Part shown: piece after piece, positions 40,396 through 49,980 of the stretch
How positions within the stretch are numbered: position 1 is the stretch's first letter
Layout: each line of letters opens with the position of its first letter
Assembly (NCBI GenBank): GCA_963751215.1
Contig: CAVVTV010000004.1
Span: forward strand, 329,226 to 393,225
Reading direction: 5' to 3'
Origin: an uncultured Thermoleophilia bacterium
Lineage (GTDB): Bacteria > Actinomycetota > Thermoleophilia > UBA2241
Length of the DNA stretch: 64,000 bases
The notes under the pieces: generated by a model
What the model was told of the DNA's origin: nothing
The model's database searches: none
The model's input: the letters and a program-made list of their open reading frames with translations, nothing else
Position numbers and translations under genes: made by a program

Positions 40396-40867
40396 CAAGA
40401 CACCGACGCCCGCGGAAGCGGGGCGCGAAGGCCAGAACGCCCAAGCCGGCGGCAGGCCTACCGGCCGCGCCGCTCGCCGGGCAGGGACTCGCCCCGCGGC
40501 TCGCCGTTCACGCATCGCCGCGGTGGGGATCGGAGTCGCCGCCATGGTTGGCCTCGTGAGTACCATGGAGGTCAGCGGCAGCCACGCCCAAGCAACCGGC
40601 GCCGCGGCGACCGCGGGTCCTTCGCTCGCGCTCGACGCCGCCTACCACCGTGCCATGGCACTGCGAAGGGCGACCGCCGCCGCCCTCAACCGGCCCATCG
40701 TCCTGACTCCGCACACCGTAGTTCACGCCGTGGGCGGATCGTCCTCGGGAGGGTCAGGGGGCTACGTATCGTCCGCGGGATCCGGCTACACGACCACCTC
40801 GTCGGCCTCATCGGCCCCGGCGGCGCCCGCGGCCGCGCCGGTGGCGAGCACCAGTGGCAGTCACTGA
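40388..40867 (+). CDS. Membrane-anchored Ser/Gly/Ala-rich protein, candidate ApbE substrate
   Basis: GGAGG RBS; RRSR before a hydrophobic helix; ends VASTSGSH; overlaps apbE. Confidence 0.7.
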   Translation: MTDKTPTPAEAGREGQNAQAGGRPTGRAARRAGTRPAARRSRIAAVGIGVAAMVGLVSTMEVSGSHAQATGAAATAGPSLALDAAYHRAMALRRATAAALNRPIVLTPHTVVHAVGGSSSGGSGGYVSSAGSGYTTTSSASSAPAAPAAAPVASTSGSH

Positions 40868-41783
40868 GCACAGGTTCCGCGTCATGGCGAGCGACGCGCA
40901 CGTGATCCTGGTGGACCCGGCCCCGGGGGCCGCAGACCACGCGCGCCGGCGTCTCGAGGAGCTGGAACAGCGCTGGAGCCGGTTTCTGCCTCAGAGCGAC
41001 ATCTCGCGCCTCAACACCGCGCCGGAGGCCTTGCTGGTCGTGTCTCCCGATACCGTGGCGCTGGTGAGTGCCATGAAGGAGGCGTGGCGCCTGACCAACG
41101 GAGGCTACGACCCCACCATGCTCGCCGCCATCATCGCCGCCGGCTATGCGACCAGTATCGACGGGTCAAGCAGGACGGGCCTGCCGGCCACACGATCGTG
41201 TGGCCGGGGCACGATCGCCGATGTGCTGGTCGAACCGGCGCCTGCGACCGTCCTGGTTCCCGCCGGCATGGGCCTCGATCCCGGCGGGATCGGCAAGGGT
41301 CTGGCCGCCGACAGGGTCGTCGTCGAGCTGCTGGGCGGCGGCACGGCCGGGGCCCTGGTTACGGTGGGTGGAGACCTGGCCGCCGCCGGTACCCCGCCTA
41401 CCACGGAGGGGTGGTACGTCGCGGTCGAGCATCCACTAGACGCCTCCCGAACGCTCGTGACCCTGGCGCTCAACGCCGGCGGCATGGCCACGTCGAGCAC
41501 CCTGTCACGCACGTGGATGCACGCCGGGCACCGCCGTCACCACGCCCTCGACCCAGCCACCCAGACATGCTCGGCCACGGACCTCGCTGCAGTCACGGTG
41601 GCAGCCCGAGCAGGGTGGCAGGCGGAGGCGCACGCTACCGCCGCCCTGCTGTGCGGTAGCCAGCGCGTTCTCGACTACTTCGGCACCCACCGCCTCGCCG
41701 GCCTCGCCACAACCCTCGACGGAGTCACCACGATGAGCCCCGGCCTGAAAGCGGCCGGTGTCGCCCAAGGGAGCGCCGCATGA
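40854..41783 (+). CDS. apbE: FAD:protein FMN transferase
   Basis: WSRFLPQSDISRLN, YDPT, DPGGIGKG, GGD, ATSS, HHALDP. Confidence 0.9.
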   Translation: MAVTEHRFRVMASDAHVILVDPAPGAADHARRRLEELEQRWSRFLPQSDISRLNTAPEALLVVSPDTVALVSAMKEAWRLTNGGYDPTMLAAIIAAGYATSIDGSSRTGLPATRSCGRGTIADVLVEPAPATVLVPAGMGLDPGGIGKGLAADRVVVELLGGGTAGALVTVGGDLAAAGTPPTTEGWYVAVEHPLDASRTLVTLALNAGGMATSSTLSRTWMHAGHRRHHALDPATQTCSATDLAAVTVAARAGWQAEAHATAALLCGSQRVLDYFGTHRLAGLATTLDGVTTMSPGLKAAGVAQGSAA

Positions 41784-42376
41784 ACCTGCAGATCTGGTGG
41801 TACCTGTCCCGCGCCGCGGGCATCGTAGCCTGGCTCATGCTCACCGCGTCGGTGCTCCTCGGCATCGTCCTCGCCACAGACCTGTTTCCCGCGTGGCGGC
41901 GTCCGGCATGGATCCTCTCTATGCACCGCTGGCTCGCCGGGCTCACGATCTTCTTCCTCGCGGGGCACCTGGGCGCCCTCCTCGTTGATCAGAGCGTGCA
42001 TTTCCGCCCTGTGGACGTGCTGGTCCCGTACGCGAGCTCGTGGCGCCCCACGGCGGTCGCCATCGGGGTGGTCGGCGTCTGGGCGCTGATCGCCGTGATG
42101 GCAACCGCCCTCGCCATGAAGCGGCTGGCGAAGAAATGGTGGCGTGACGTACACCTCGCCAGCTACTGGATCTTCTGGGGTACGTGCATCCATGCGGCGC
42201 TCGCCGGGACCGACACATCCAAGACGCTCTACGTCGCCACCGCGCTGGTCGCCCTGGCGACGATCGCTTTCGCCACGTCCTACCGGGCGCTCACCCACCA
42301 CCTGCCCAAGCGCCGGCCGCGACGCGAGGGCGGACGGCCCTCCCTGCCGTTCTCACCGCCCGCTCGCCGGCCCTGA
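41780..42376 (+). CDS. Ferric reductase-like (MsrQ-like) haem b membrane protein
   Basis: WYLSRAAG with His residues in MHRWL, AGHL, WRDVHLASY and CIHAAL. Confidence 0.85.
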   Translation: MNLQIWWYLSRAAGIVAWLMLTASVLLGIVLATDLFPAWRRPAWILSMHRWLAGLTIFFLAGHLGALLVDQSVHFRPVDVLVPYASSWRPTAVAIGVVGVWALIAVMATALAMKRLAKKWWRDVHLASYWIFWGTCIHAALAGTDTSKTLYVATALVALATIAFATSYRALTHHLPKRRPRREGGRPSLPFSPPARRP

Positions 42377-42618
42377 ACGAAGCGCTCACGATCGCCGGGC
42401 AAGCTGGTTGTGTCATACGCCTGCGGTTTCCCCCTTTCCGCGGCAAAGAGGTCTGGCGGTGCCCCCCACACCGCCAAGATCGGCGCATCGGGCCTGCCGC
42501 CCCCAGTGACTTCCGGGCGGCAGGCCCTTCGTGCTTTCGTGGCGACACTTTGTGCGGGCGGCGCCACTCGACGGGTCGCCTGGTATGCTCGTCGCCACAG
42601 CCATCGTGGAGGTATGCG

Positions 42619-42801
42619 ATAACGAGGCGGCAACTCATCGTGCTGATCGTTTTCATCGGCCTGGAGGCCGGCGGCGGCGTGCTCGCCGAGGTCAAACCGG
42701 GCGGCGCGCCTGTGTGGATGGCCCCGGCCATCATGACCATCGCCCTAGTGGCCTTCATGGTATGGCTGTACGTGGAGTCCCGGCGGACACACCGAGGATA
42801 G
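42619..42801 (+). CDS. Putative 2-TM small protein with an apparent ATA start
   Basis: GGAGG at 42608-42612 precedes in-frame ATA; ITRRQLIVLIVFIGL...AFMVWLYVESRR. Confidence 0.4.
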   Translation: MTRRQLIVLIVFIGLEAGGGVLAEVKPGGAPVWMAPAIMTIALVAFMVWLYVESRRTHRG

Positions 42802-42963
42802 GACTAACCGAGGGCAAGACTCCCCGGCGGCCCGCAAGAGAAGGGCAACCTTAACCCTCAGGCTAAGAGTAAGAATAGCTCGCCAGGGGGAGCCACGAGG
42901 CGTGACAACGACCCCTCACGAAGCCCGGCCGGTTCACCCTACGCTCCCGACCCGAACCGCCGG

Positions 42964-44586
42964 CTACTTCACAGTCAACCGGTTGCCGCCCACCGCGCTC
43001 TGGTGGTTGCCGGCGGCGTCGGTGGCATACACGAAGTAGCGATAGTGCCCTTTGGCGAGCCAGCAGACGAAGCGCGTGCTGAGCGTACTATTGACCGGCC
43101 CGCGCGCGGTGATCGTCTTTACGGAGCGCCCGGCCAGCGTGCGGACCTTGATGACCACGGTGGCCGTCGGCGACCCGGGCCGCGCGTCGCTCACATAGTA
43201 GCGCAGGCTCGCCGTATGGCCACGCGCCACGGTCGCCGCCCAGTTCGAGTAGGTCCGGGGCTGGCGTGTGTCGATCCTGACCGTCACGGTCCGCGCACTC
43301 GCCACGTTGCCGGCCACGTCGGCCGAGCGTACCAGCACCTGCCGCGGTCCGTCGCCGGAGTGGTCCGCGGGCGCGGCAACCGTGAACGAGGTGCCGCGAG
43401 TCCAAGTGGCGCCGCCGTCGCTCGAGTACTCCGTGTACGCGACGCCCGAGGAGCCCGCGACGATGCCGGTACTCGCCTCCGGCTTGGGGTCGGCGGCCGT
43501 GAGGGTGACGGTAACGGCCTTGCTGTGCCAGGCGACGCCGGCGTTATCTGCCGTGGCCGGCGCGGTGGTGTCGATCCGCACCTTGCAGCTCTTGCCGGCC
43601 TCGACGTTGCCGGAGTTGTCGACCGAGCGGTAGGTGACGGTGTGCGCGCCGTCGGCACTGTGGTTGAGCGGCGCGCTGACCGTTACCATGTTCCCCCGCG
43701 TCCACGTCTTGCCCCCGTTCAGCGAGTACTGGGTGTAGGCCACGCCCGAGCCGCCGGTATTGTCGGCGCCGGTGAAGCTCAGCGTCACAGCCTGAGCATG
43801 CCAGGCACTGTCGACGCCCGACACGGTGGTCACCGGCGGCGTCACGTCACCGATGGGATCGCCGAAGTAGCGCCAGTAGACCGTCCAGAAGAGCTGGTTG
43901 CCGGCGATCCAGGGCGTGTACGTATAGAGCGAGTAGGTGGACACGTTGCTCGGCGAGACGGCGCCGTCAGAGCACTTCTTGGTGATGCCGGCGTACCAGT
44001 TCTTGCCGTCGACGCTCAGCGAGTCGGCCCCGTACCACACCTGCTTGCCGAAGCCCTTGTAGAACGTGTTGACCGAACCCGAATCGGGCACGCCGCAGCC
44101 CATCGCCTCGTTCAGAGCCCAAGCGCTGGGGGCCATGGCGGTGAGCAGGCTCTGCTCCTTCTGCAGGGTCGCGAGCACCACCTTGGGATTCACGTCCCAA
44201 TGCTGCGCAGCCTCCCAGATGATCTGGCTCGCCGGCTTGATGACGCCGTTGACGTCGGGCGCCTGGTACGTCTTCAGGATGCCGGCCTGGGCGGCGAGGA
44301 AGCTCTGCACCTGCGCCTGAGTCATGGAGCCCACGAAGCGGAAGACCTTGTCGGAGATCACTGTGTTGGGGTCGAAGGTGGCCCCGGCGGCCTGCGCCGC
44401 GGCGGCCAGGTTTGGTGACTGAGAAAGCGTCGCGGCGTAGGGATTGACACCGGCAGACGCAGACGCCGGTCCGGCGAGGACCAGCGCGGCGAAGAGCGCC
44501 GAGACAAGCAAGACCAGGGGGAGAGCAGCCTTCGGCGGTCGGTGGGCGGGGCGCAGGCTACGCGATGGCGCGGTGCTGCTTCTCAC
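42964..44586 (-). CDS. Secreted protein with a lysozyme-like domain and bacterial Ig-like repeats
   Basis: GAGGAGG RBS; VNPKVVLATLQKEQSL, AMGCGVPD, LYTYTPW; DTTAP/SGVAYT/D..GN repeats. Confidence 0.8.
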   Translation of the reverse strand: MRSSTAPSRSLRPAHRPPKAALPLVLLVSALFAALVLAGPASASAGVNPYAATLSQSPNLAAAAQAAGATFDPNTVISDKVFRFVGSMTQAQVQSFLAAQAGILKTYQAPDVNGVIKPASQIIWEAAQHWDVNPKVVLATLQKEQSLLTAMAPSAWALNEAMGCGVPDSGSVNTFYKGFGKQVWYGADSLSVDGKNWYAGITKKCSDGAVSPSNVSTYSLYTYTPWIAGNQLFWTVYWRYFGDPIGDVTPPVTTVSGVDSAWHAQAVTLSFTGADNTGGSGVAYTQYSLNGGKTWTRGNMVTVSAPLNHSADGAHTVTYRSVDNSGNVEAGKSCKVRIDTTAPATADNAGVAWHSKAVTVTLTAADPKPEASTGIVAGSSGVAYTEYSSDGGATWTRGTSFTVAAPADHSGDGPRQVLVRSADVAGNVASARTVTVRIDTRQPRTYSNWAATVARGHTASLRYYVSDARPGSPTATVVIKVRTLAGRSVKTITARGPVNSTLSTRFVCWLAKGHYRYFVYATDAAGNHQSAVGGNRLTVK

Positions 44587-44748
44587 TCTCGTTACCTCCT
44601 CGCACAGGGCGCTGCCCCCGACTCTAACCGATTTGCAGGCTCGGTGCCCCCCGCTGCCTGTCTCCCCCGGCCGCCCGCGCCCCGTCAACGTCGCGGCGAT
44701 GTGCGTGAGAGGGTAGTGTGTGCGCGAACGACCCACAGGAGGACCACC

Positions 44749-45162
44749 ATGACCAGCATCCCTCAGGAACTGCACGACCTTCTCGCCGGCGGCCATAACG
44801 TCTGGGTTGCCACCGTAGGACCAGACGGGGCACCCAACGTGTCCATCAAGGGCAGCGGCGCGTTGCTCGACGACGAGCACCTCTACTTCGCCGACATGTT
44901 CAGCCGCAAGACGCGGGCGAACCTCGAGCACGATCCCAGAGTGGCGATCGGCATCCACGATCCCGAGAGCAAGGTGGCCATGCAGGTGAAGGGCCGGGCC
45001 GAGCTCATCGACCAAGGGGAGGTGTTCGACACGGTCAACGAGAAGCTCATGGCCATCAGCGAGCAGCTTCACCTGCCGCCGATGAAGTACGTGGTGCGCA
45101 TCACGGTCGACTCGGTGTGGGATATGGGGCCGGGACCGCACGCCGGTGAGGAGCTCGTCTGA
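44749..45162 (+). CDS. Pyridoxamine 5'-phosphate oxidase-like FMN-binding protein
   Basis: AGGAGG RBS; VATVGPDGAPNVSIKG, KTRANLEHDPRVA. Confidence 0.88.
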   Translation: MTSIPQELHDLLAGGHNVWVATVGPDGAPNVSIKGSGALLDDEHLYFADMFSRKTRANLEHDPRVAIGIHDPESKVAMQVKGRAELIDQGEVFDTVNEKLMAISEQLHLPPMKYVVRITVDSVWDMGPGPHAGEELV

Positions 45163-45240
45163 GCACCGCGTACCCAACCACTGCGATGCCGTCCGGTCCG
45201 CGCGGTGCCTGGTGCTGGCCGGACGACATACTGATCTCGG

Positions 45241-46632
45241 CTACTTGATGGTTATCTTGGCATGGCCGGCGGGGTTACGCTGCGCCTTGCCGGCCGCGTC
45301 TTTGGCGTACACCGTGTACTTGTAGATGCCCTTCGAGCTGAGCTTGCAGTTCACGCCGAACCACGTGTTTAGGCGCTTGGTGCCAAGGTTGAAGCTCTCA
45401 ACCAGCGAACCCGAGGAGCTCCTCACAACGATGACCACCGACCTGGCCCTGGGGCTGTACTTGTCGACGATCTTGTAGTGCAGCTTGAAGGTCGAGTCAC
45501 GCGTCGCCGTCACGCCTTGGGCGTAGGTCTTGGGCCCCCTCGGCGGCGTGATCTTCACGATCACGGAACGGGCGGCCTCAACGTTGCCTTGGGGCTGCGC
45601 AAGGTCGATGGCGCGATACCACACTTTGTTCTCACCGGGCTGAGACACGGTGACCGCGTTACCCTCGGTCCAGGAACGGGGCGCCGCGGCGATAGAGGGC
45701 GTAAGGCTGTACTCGATAGAACCCACGCCGGACTTGCCATGATCGGTGGCCGAGAAGCTCACGGTCACCGGGGTGGCATGCCATTGGCCGTCCCAGCCAG
45801 TCGCCGTAGTCGTGGGCGCCGTGTCGTCGATGACCACGTGGGACTGATCGTACCTGTAGATACGGGTCGACAGAGTACGACCGCCCGCGGAGATGCGGCG
45901 AGAGCCTAGGATCAGGTAGTTCTCGAGGTTGCCGGCGTAGTCCGTGGAGTAGAAATCGATGGTGTGGGCGGTTCCTGTACCGCCCGCGAGCATGAAGCTC
46001 GTGGCGAGCGCGCTGGCGCTGCCTGCGGGAGCGGAACTCGTCGCGGTGTTCCATGGACCAGCGTCAACGCGATACGTCGTGCTGGCGACACCCGAGAGGC
46101 CGACCTGGTCGACGGCCGTGAGCTCGTAGGGGTAGGCACTGTTCCACCAGCCGCTGTCGCCGCCGGTGACCGGGGGCTGCGTGTCCAGGATCGTGGTGGC
46201 CGTCGCGGTCGCCGTCCATGTCGTCCCGCCGTCTGTGCTGAACGCGGCCGTGACCGTGTGTGTTCCATCGGCCGTCGCGTCTCCGGTAAGGCCGTAATTC
46301 AGGTCCCACTCGCCGGCCGGTGGCTCGCTGCTGTAGTCGTAGCCGCCGGCGGGGTGAGTTGCGAAAGCTTCAGGAGTGGACCAGGTCGTGCCACCGTCGC
46401 TCGAGAACCTCATCTCGTTGGCGCCCCAGCCGTTGTCGGCGAGGGTAAGTGGGACCCAGGTATCGTTGACGAACGCCGCCGCCGCCGAGGACGAAACGCT
46501 CGGGTTGATCGTAACCGTGGGAGTGGCCGCCGCACCTGCCGCCGCCGGCAGGGCGAGGGCGCACAGGGCCACAACCCCGAAGACCAGCAGAAGCAGCGGC
46601 CTCCTGCACAAAGACAACGTCTTATCTGGCAT
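45241..46632 (-). CDS. Secreted Ig-like repeat surface protein
   Basis: Signal peptide ending AGA; DTQPP, DDTAP and SGV repeats. Confidence 0.8.
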   Translation of the reverse strand: MPDKTLSLCRRPLLLLVFGVVALCALALPAAAGAAATPTVTINPSVSSSAAAAFVNDTWVPLTLADNGWGANEMRFSSDGGTTWSTPEAFATHPAGGYDYSSEPPAGEWDLNYGLTGDATADGTHTVTAAFSTDGGTTWTATATATTILDTQPPVTGGDSGWWNSAYPYELTAVDQVGLSGVASTTYRVDAGPWNTATSSAPAGSASALATSFMLAGGTGTAHTIDFYSTDYAGNLENYLILGSRRISAGGRTLSTRIYRYDQSHVVIDDTAPTTTATGWDGQWHATPVTVSFSATDHGKSGVGSIEYSLTPSIAAAPRSWTEGNAVTVSQPGENKVWYRAIDLAQPQGNVEAARSVIVKITPPRGPKTYAQGVTATRDSTFKLHYKIVDKYSPRARSVVIVVRSSSGSLVESFNLGTKRLNTWFGVNCKLSSKGIYKYTVYAKDAAGKAQRNPAGHAKITIK

Positions 46633-46916
46633 GCCGTGAACCCCCTAATCAAGGTCCTGCACCATGGACCTTCGTCGAGAGAACCACAGGGCCCCATGCC
46701 CGTGGCATGTTGAAACGCGGTTTGGGCTTCGACGTGCGCTCCGCCTCACCTGCTCGCCACCGGGCGCGACGGGAAGTCCCGACGCAGCTCAATCTAGGAG
46801 CCGAGGGCTGCCGGCTGGCCGCCTCACCGGCGTGAACCGGAGGGCGCTCGGGTAGACACGACCGTAGGTTGGAGAGCCGGGCTCAGAACAATCCGCCCGA
46901 ACCATGGAGGGAGATC

Positions 46917-47492
46917 ATGCGAGCAGACATCGTACCGGGCGCGGTCTTTCCCGACTTCGAGCTCCCGGACGAGAGGGGCCAGCGCCGACGCCTTTCACAG
47001 ATCCAGGGCGCCGACCCTCTCTGCCTCGTCCTGGCGCGCGGGCATTGGTGTCCCAAGGACCAGCGCCAGCATCGCTGGCTCGTCGACCTGGAGCCGGAGG
47101 TCGCCGTCTCCTACTCTAAGGTGGTCACGATCTCTTCCACCGACAGCATCTTCGAGTGCCTGGAGTGGAAGACGTCGCTGGGCGCCCACTGGCCCTTCCT
47201 CGCCGACCAGCGCCATGTGGTGCAGCAGGAGCTCGACATCACCGAGTACACCGACCCGCACCACAATCCGGCCATCCCGCACACGTTCATGCTCGAGCCG
47301 GGCCTCGTGATCCACTCCATCTACAACGGCTACTGGTACTGGGGCCGGCCCGCGCCCGACGATGTGCGCCGCGACTTTCGCGCCATCACACAGAAGGTGC
47401 GCTCCGACTGGGACCTCTCCGCGCCCGGGCTGCGAGAGCAGTGGGACGCCGGCGAGCGTGACGCCTTCTGGCCCTACGGAGAGCCGTACTGA
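46917..47492 (+). CDS. Redoxin / AhpC-TSA-like protein
   Basis: GGAGG RBS; FPDFELPD, RGHWCPKD, YNGYWYWGRP. Confidence 0.82.
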   Translation: MRADIVPGAVFPDFELPDERGQRRRLSQIQGADPLCLVLARGHWCPKDQRQHRWLVDLEPEVAVSYSKVVTISSTDSIFECLEWKTSLGAHWPFLADQRHVVQQELDITEYTDPHHNPAIPHTFMLEPGLVIHSIYNGYWYWGRPAPDDVRRDFRAITQKVRSDWDLSAPGLREQWDAGERDAFWPYGEPY

Positions 47493-47633
47493 TATCGGTA
47501 GCCTGACCGTCGCCACCGAGTACATGGCCCTCTCTCGCGCCCTGCCGTCGGCGCGGCGGCCACCGGCGCTCAGATCCGGCGGCGCCCGCACCGTGACCGC
47601 ACAAGCCGTTCGGCGGCGCCAGAGGGCAGAACC

Positions 47634-49106
47634 ATGACCGGCGCACAGCATCCCCAGGGCAACGCCGGCAGCAACCTCGGCGCGGCCGCGACCCCACAGA
47701 TGTCGCGCCGTCAGCTACTTGTCGGCGGCGCCGTTCTCGGCCTCTCGTCGGGCGCCGCCGGCTTCCTCCTGTCGCGGGAGGTCGTAGGCGTCGGTGGCGG
47801 CGGGAATCGCGGAACGGGTCAGTCTGCGACAGTGGGCCAGCCGACGTTCCCGCAGCTGGGCACCCCCATGCCGGGCGACCCACGTCCGGACGCGCCGGAG
47901 CTTGCCTATCGCGGCCGGTCCGGCGTCGGCGTGCGCACCATGCACGTCACGAACCCCGACCAGCTCGACATCCTGAACTACAGCGCCGCCAACCCGGAGC
48001 CACGCTACAACCGGCCGCTCACGCTCGAGGCGTGGTATCCAGCGACCATTCCTGCCGGCACACCAGAGCTCACCACCTACGCGGACGTTCTGGGCAGCGG
48101 GCCCGGCGACCCCACGCGTCCCAACCTCCCGTTCACATTTGCCGGCCGCGCCCTGCGCGGGGCGCGTCCCGACGCCGGCAGAGGCCCCTACCCGCTCTTG
48201 ATCGTCTCGCACGGGTATCCCGGCTCGCGCGTGCTCCTCACCAACCTGACCGAGAACCTGGCCTCCAAGGGTTATGTGGTCGTCGCCATCGACCACACGG
48301 ATTCCACCCACGCCGACGCGGCCGACATGGCCAGCACTCTTCTCAACCGCACCCTCGATATCACCTTCGTCCTCAAGCAGATGGCCGAGCTGGGAAAGAA
48401 GGGCTCGGGCAGCTTCCTGGCGGGCGTGGTGGACGCAGACAACACGGCGCTCATCGGCTACTCGATGGGAGGGTACGGCGTGCTCATCTGCGGCGGCGCG
48501 GGCATTACCTCGGCGTTCGCCGCTTCGGGCGCCCCAGGTGGCGCCCTCAAGATCCTGCAATCCGGCACGGCGGAGTACGCGGCCCTCGTTGATCCGCGCA
48601 TCAAGGCGATCGCGCCCATAGCTCCTTGGGGTGGCACGTATGGCGTTTGGGACGCGAAGGGGCTGCGAGGACTCAAGATCCCCGCCCTGTTCGTGGCGGG
48701 CAACCGGGACCAGACGGCGCCGTACGAGGGCGTGCGGTTCATCTTCGCGCATGCCGTCAACTGCGACCGCTATCTCCTCGTACATCAGAGCGGCGACCAC
48801 GAGGTCGCCGTGAACCCGGCGCCGCCCGTTACCTTCACACGCTGGCGGGAGTACACGCATTACGCGGAGCCGGCCCTGGACAACACGCGCACCAACAACG
48901 TCAACCAACACTTCCTGACGGCGTTCCTGGGCGTGCATCTGAAGGGGGCCGCCTACAAGGACTACCTCGACTTGACCTACCCCGACGCGAACGACAGCAA
49001 CACGAAGGCAAACCATCCCGGCGGCATCTGGAAGGGCTTCAAAGAGTGGTCTGCCGTCGGTCTCGAGATGCACCGCCTGCGGCCGCAGTCGCCTGACGGG
49101 CGCTGA
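47634..49106 (+). CDS. Tat-exported alpha/beta hydrolase (dienelactone hydrolase / PAF-AH-like)
   Basis: SRRQLL twin-arginine motif; SHGYPG, AIDH, GYSMGG. Confidence 0.85.
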   Translation: MTGAQHPQGNAGSNLGAAATPQMSRRQLLVGGAVLGLSSGAAGFLLSREVVGVGGGGNRGTGQSATVGQPTFPQLGTPMPGDPRPDAPELAYRGRSGVGVRTMHVTNPDQLDILNYSAANPEPRYNRPLTLEAWYPATIPAGTPELTTYADVLGSGPGDPTRPNLPFTFAGRALRGARPDAGRGPYPLLIVSHGYPGSRVLLTNLTENLASKGYVVVAIDHTDSTHADAADMASTLLNRTLDITFVLKQMAELGKKGSGSFLAGVVDADNTALIGYSMGGYGVLICGGAGITSAFAASGAPGGALKILQSGTAEYAALVDPRIKAIAPIAPWGGTYGVWDAKGLRGLKIPALFVAGNRDQTAPYEGVRFIFAHAVNCDRYLLVHQSGDHEVAVNPAPPVTFTRWREYTHYAEPALDNTRTNNVNQHFLTAFLGVHLKGAAYKDYLDLTYPDANDSNTKANHPGGIWKGFKEWSAVGLEMHRLRPQSPDGR

Positions 49107-49344
49107 TCCTCGCGCCCGCACGGGTGCAGCCGACCGGAAACCCCAAGCTAGGACCTCGGTGGGATCGTCGATCGGCCGCCCCCACCCTGGTCAGATGACC
49201 CAGATGAGGACTGCACAAGGAGCTGCCCGAGAACCGTTCCGCCAGCCGATGCGCAGACCCTGAGTCGACTCCTACACTGATCGTGCATGCTGCTCTCGCA
49301 AGATGCCGTCTTGCGTGCCCAGCGGCCGACAGGGAGGTTAGGTC

Positions 49345-49653
49345 ATGACACTGGTAGCTCTTCGGGACCTCGTGGGCCTTCAGGCCTTCTCCGAGGACGG
49401 CACGAAGATCGGCAAGGTAAAGGATGTCATCACGGACCGCGACGCGGCGGCCGAGTATCTCGTGATCGGCCGCTTTCTGACACAGCTGGTCGTCCCCGCC
49501 GAGGTCGCAAATAGCCCGGGCGAGTGCGTTGTGGTCCCGTTTTCCAGCTCATTCCTCGACATGGCCCCATCCATCAAGGCGAAAGGCACGATTTCGCCCG
49601 AGGATTGCCGCCGGCTGAAGGCCTTCTACCACGTAGAGCACGGGCAGCACTGA
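49345..49653 (+). CDS. PRC-barrel domain protein
   Basis: GGAGG RBS; LVGLQAFSEDGTKIGKVKDV. Confidence 0.8.
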   Translation: MTLVALRDLVGLQAFSEDGTKIGKVKDVITDRDAAAEYLVIGRFLTQLVVPAEVANSPGECVVVPFSSSFLDMAPSIKAKGTISPEDCRRLKAFYHVEHGQH

Positions 49654-49665
49654 TCGCTCGACTGG

Positions 49666-49830
49666 GTGAGCTCCGTGACTTCTGCCGACATAGCCAGCCT
49701 CGTGATGATGCTGGTCCTGACAGTGACCTGCGTCGTGCTGGCGCTGGCCGTGCACAGCCGCTCTAAGCGGAAGTCGGCGGCCGCCAAGACGGCGGGCCGG
49801 GCCGCCGATCCCCCCAGGCGAGAGAGCTGA
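49666..49830 (+). CDS. Putative small single-TM protein
   Basis: ...DIASLVMMLVLTVTCVVLALAVHSRSKRK...; weak RBS. Confidence 0.35.
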   Translation: MSSVTSADIASLVMMLVLTVTCVVLALAVHSRSKRKSAAAKTAGRAADPPRRES

Positions 49831-49980
49831 AATGAGTGTCACGTGCGCCGGCGGACGCCCCACGAAGAACCACGACTTCCAAGCCCGACCGCGGGGGGCC
49901 GGGCACGATCCTGGGGACCAGGCACCACAGACGCCCGGTCCCCGGGTCACCGTAGGCGCGCGGCACAAGCACTGCAGCCT

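Noticed and set aside
42800-42963. Words resembling c-di-AMP or c-di-GMP riboswitches
   Set aside because: Only scattered partial matches, and the region lies between convergent gene ends
46640-46900. gacgca...gctgccg resembling a c-di-GMP-I riboswitch
   Set aside because: No GGCAAA/GAAA P2 element and the spacing does not fit
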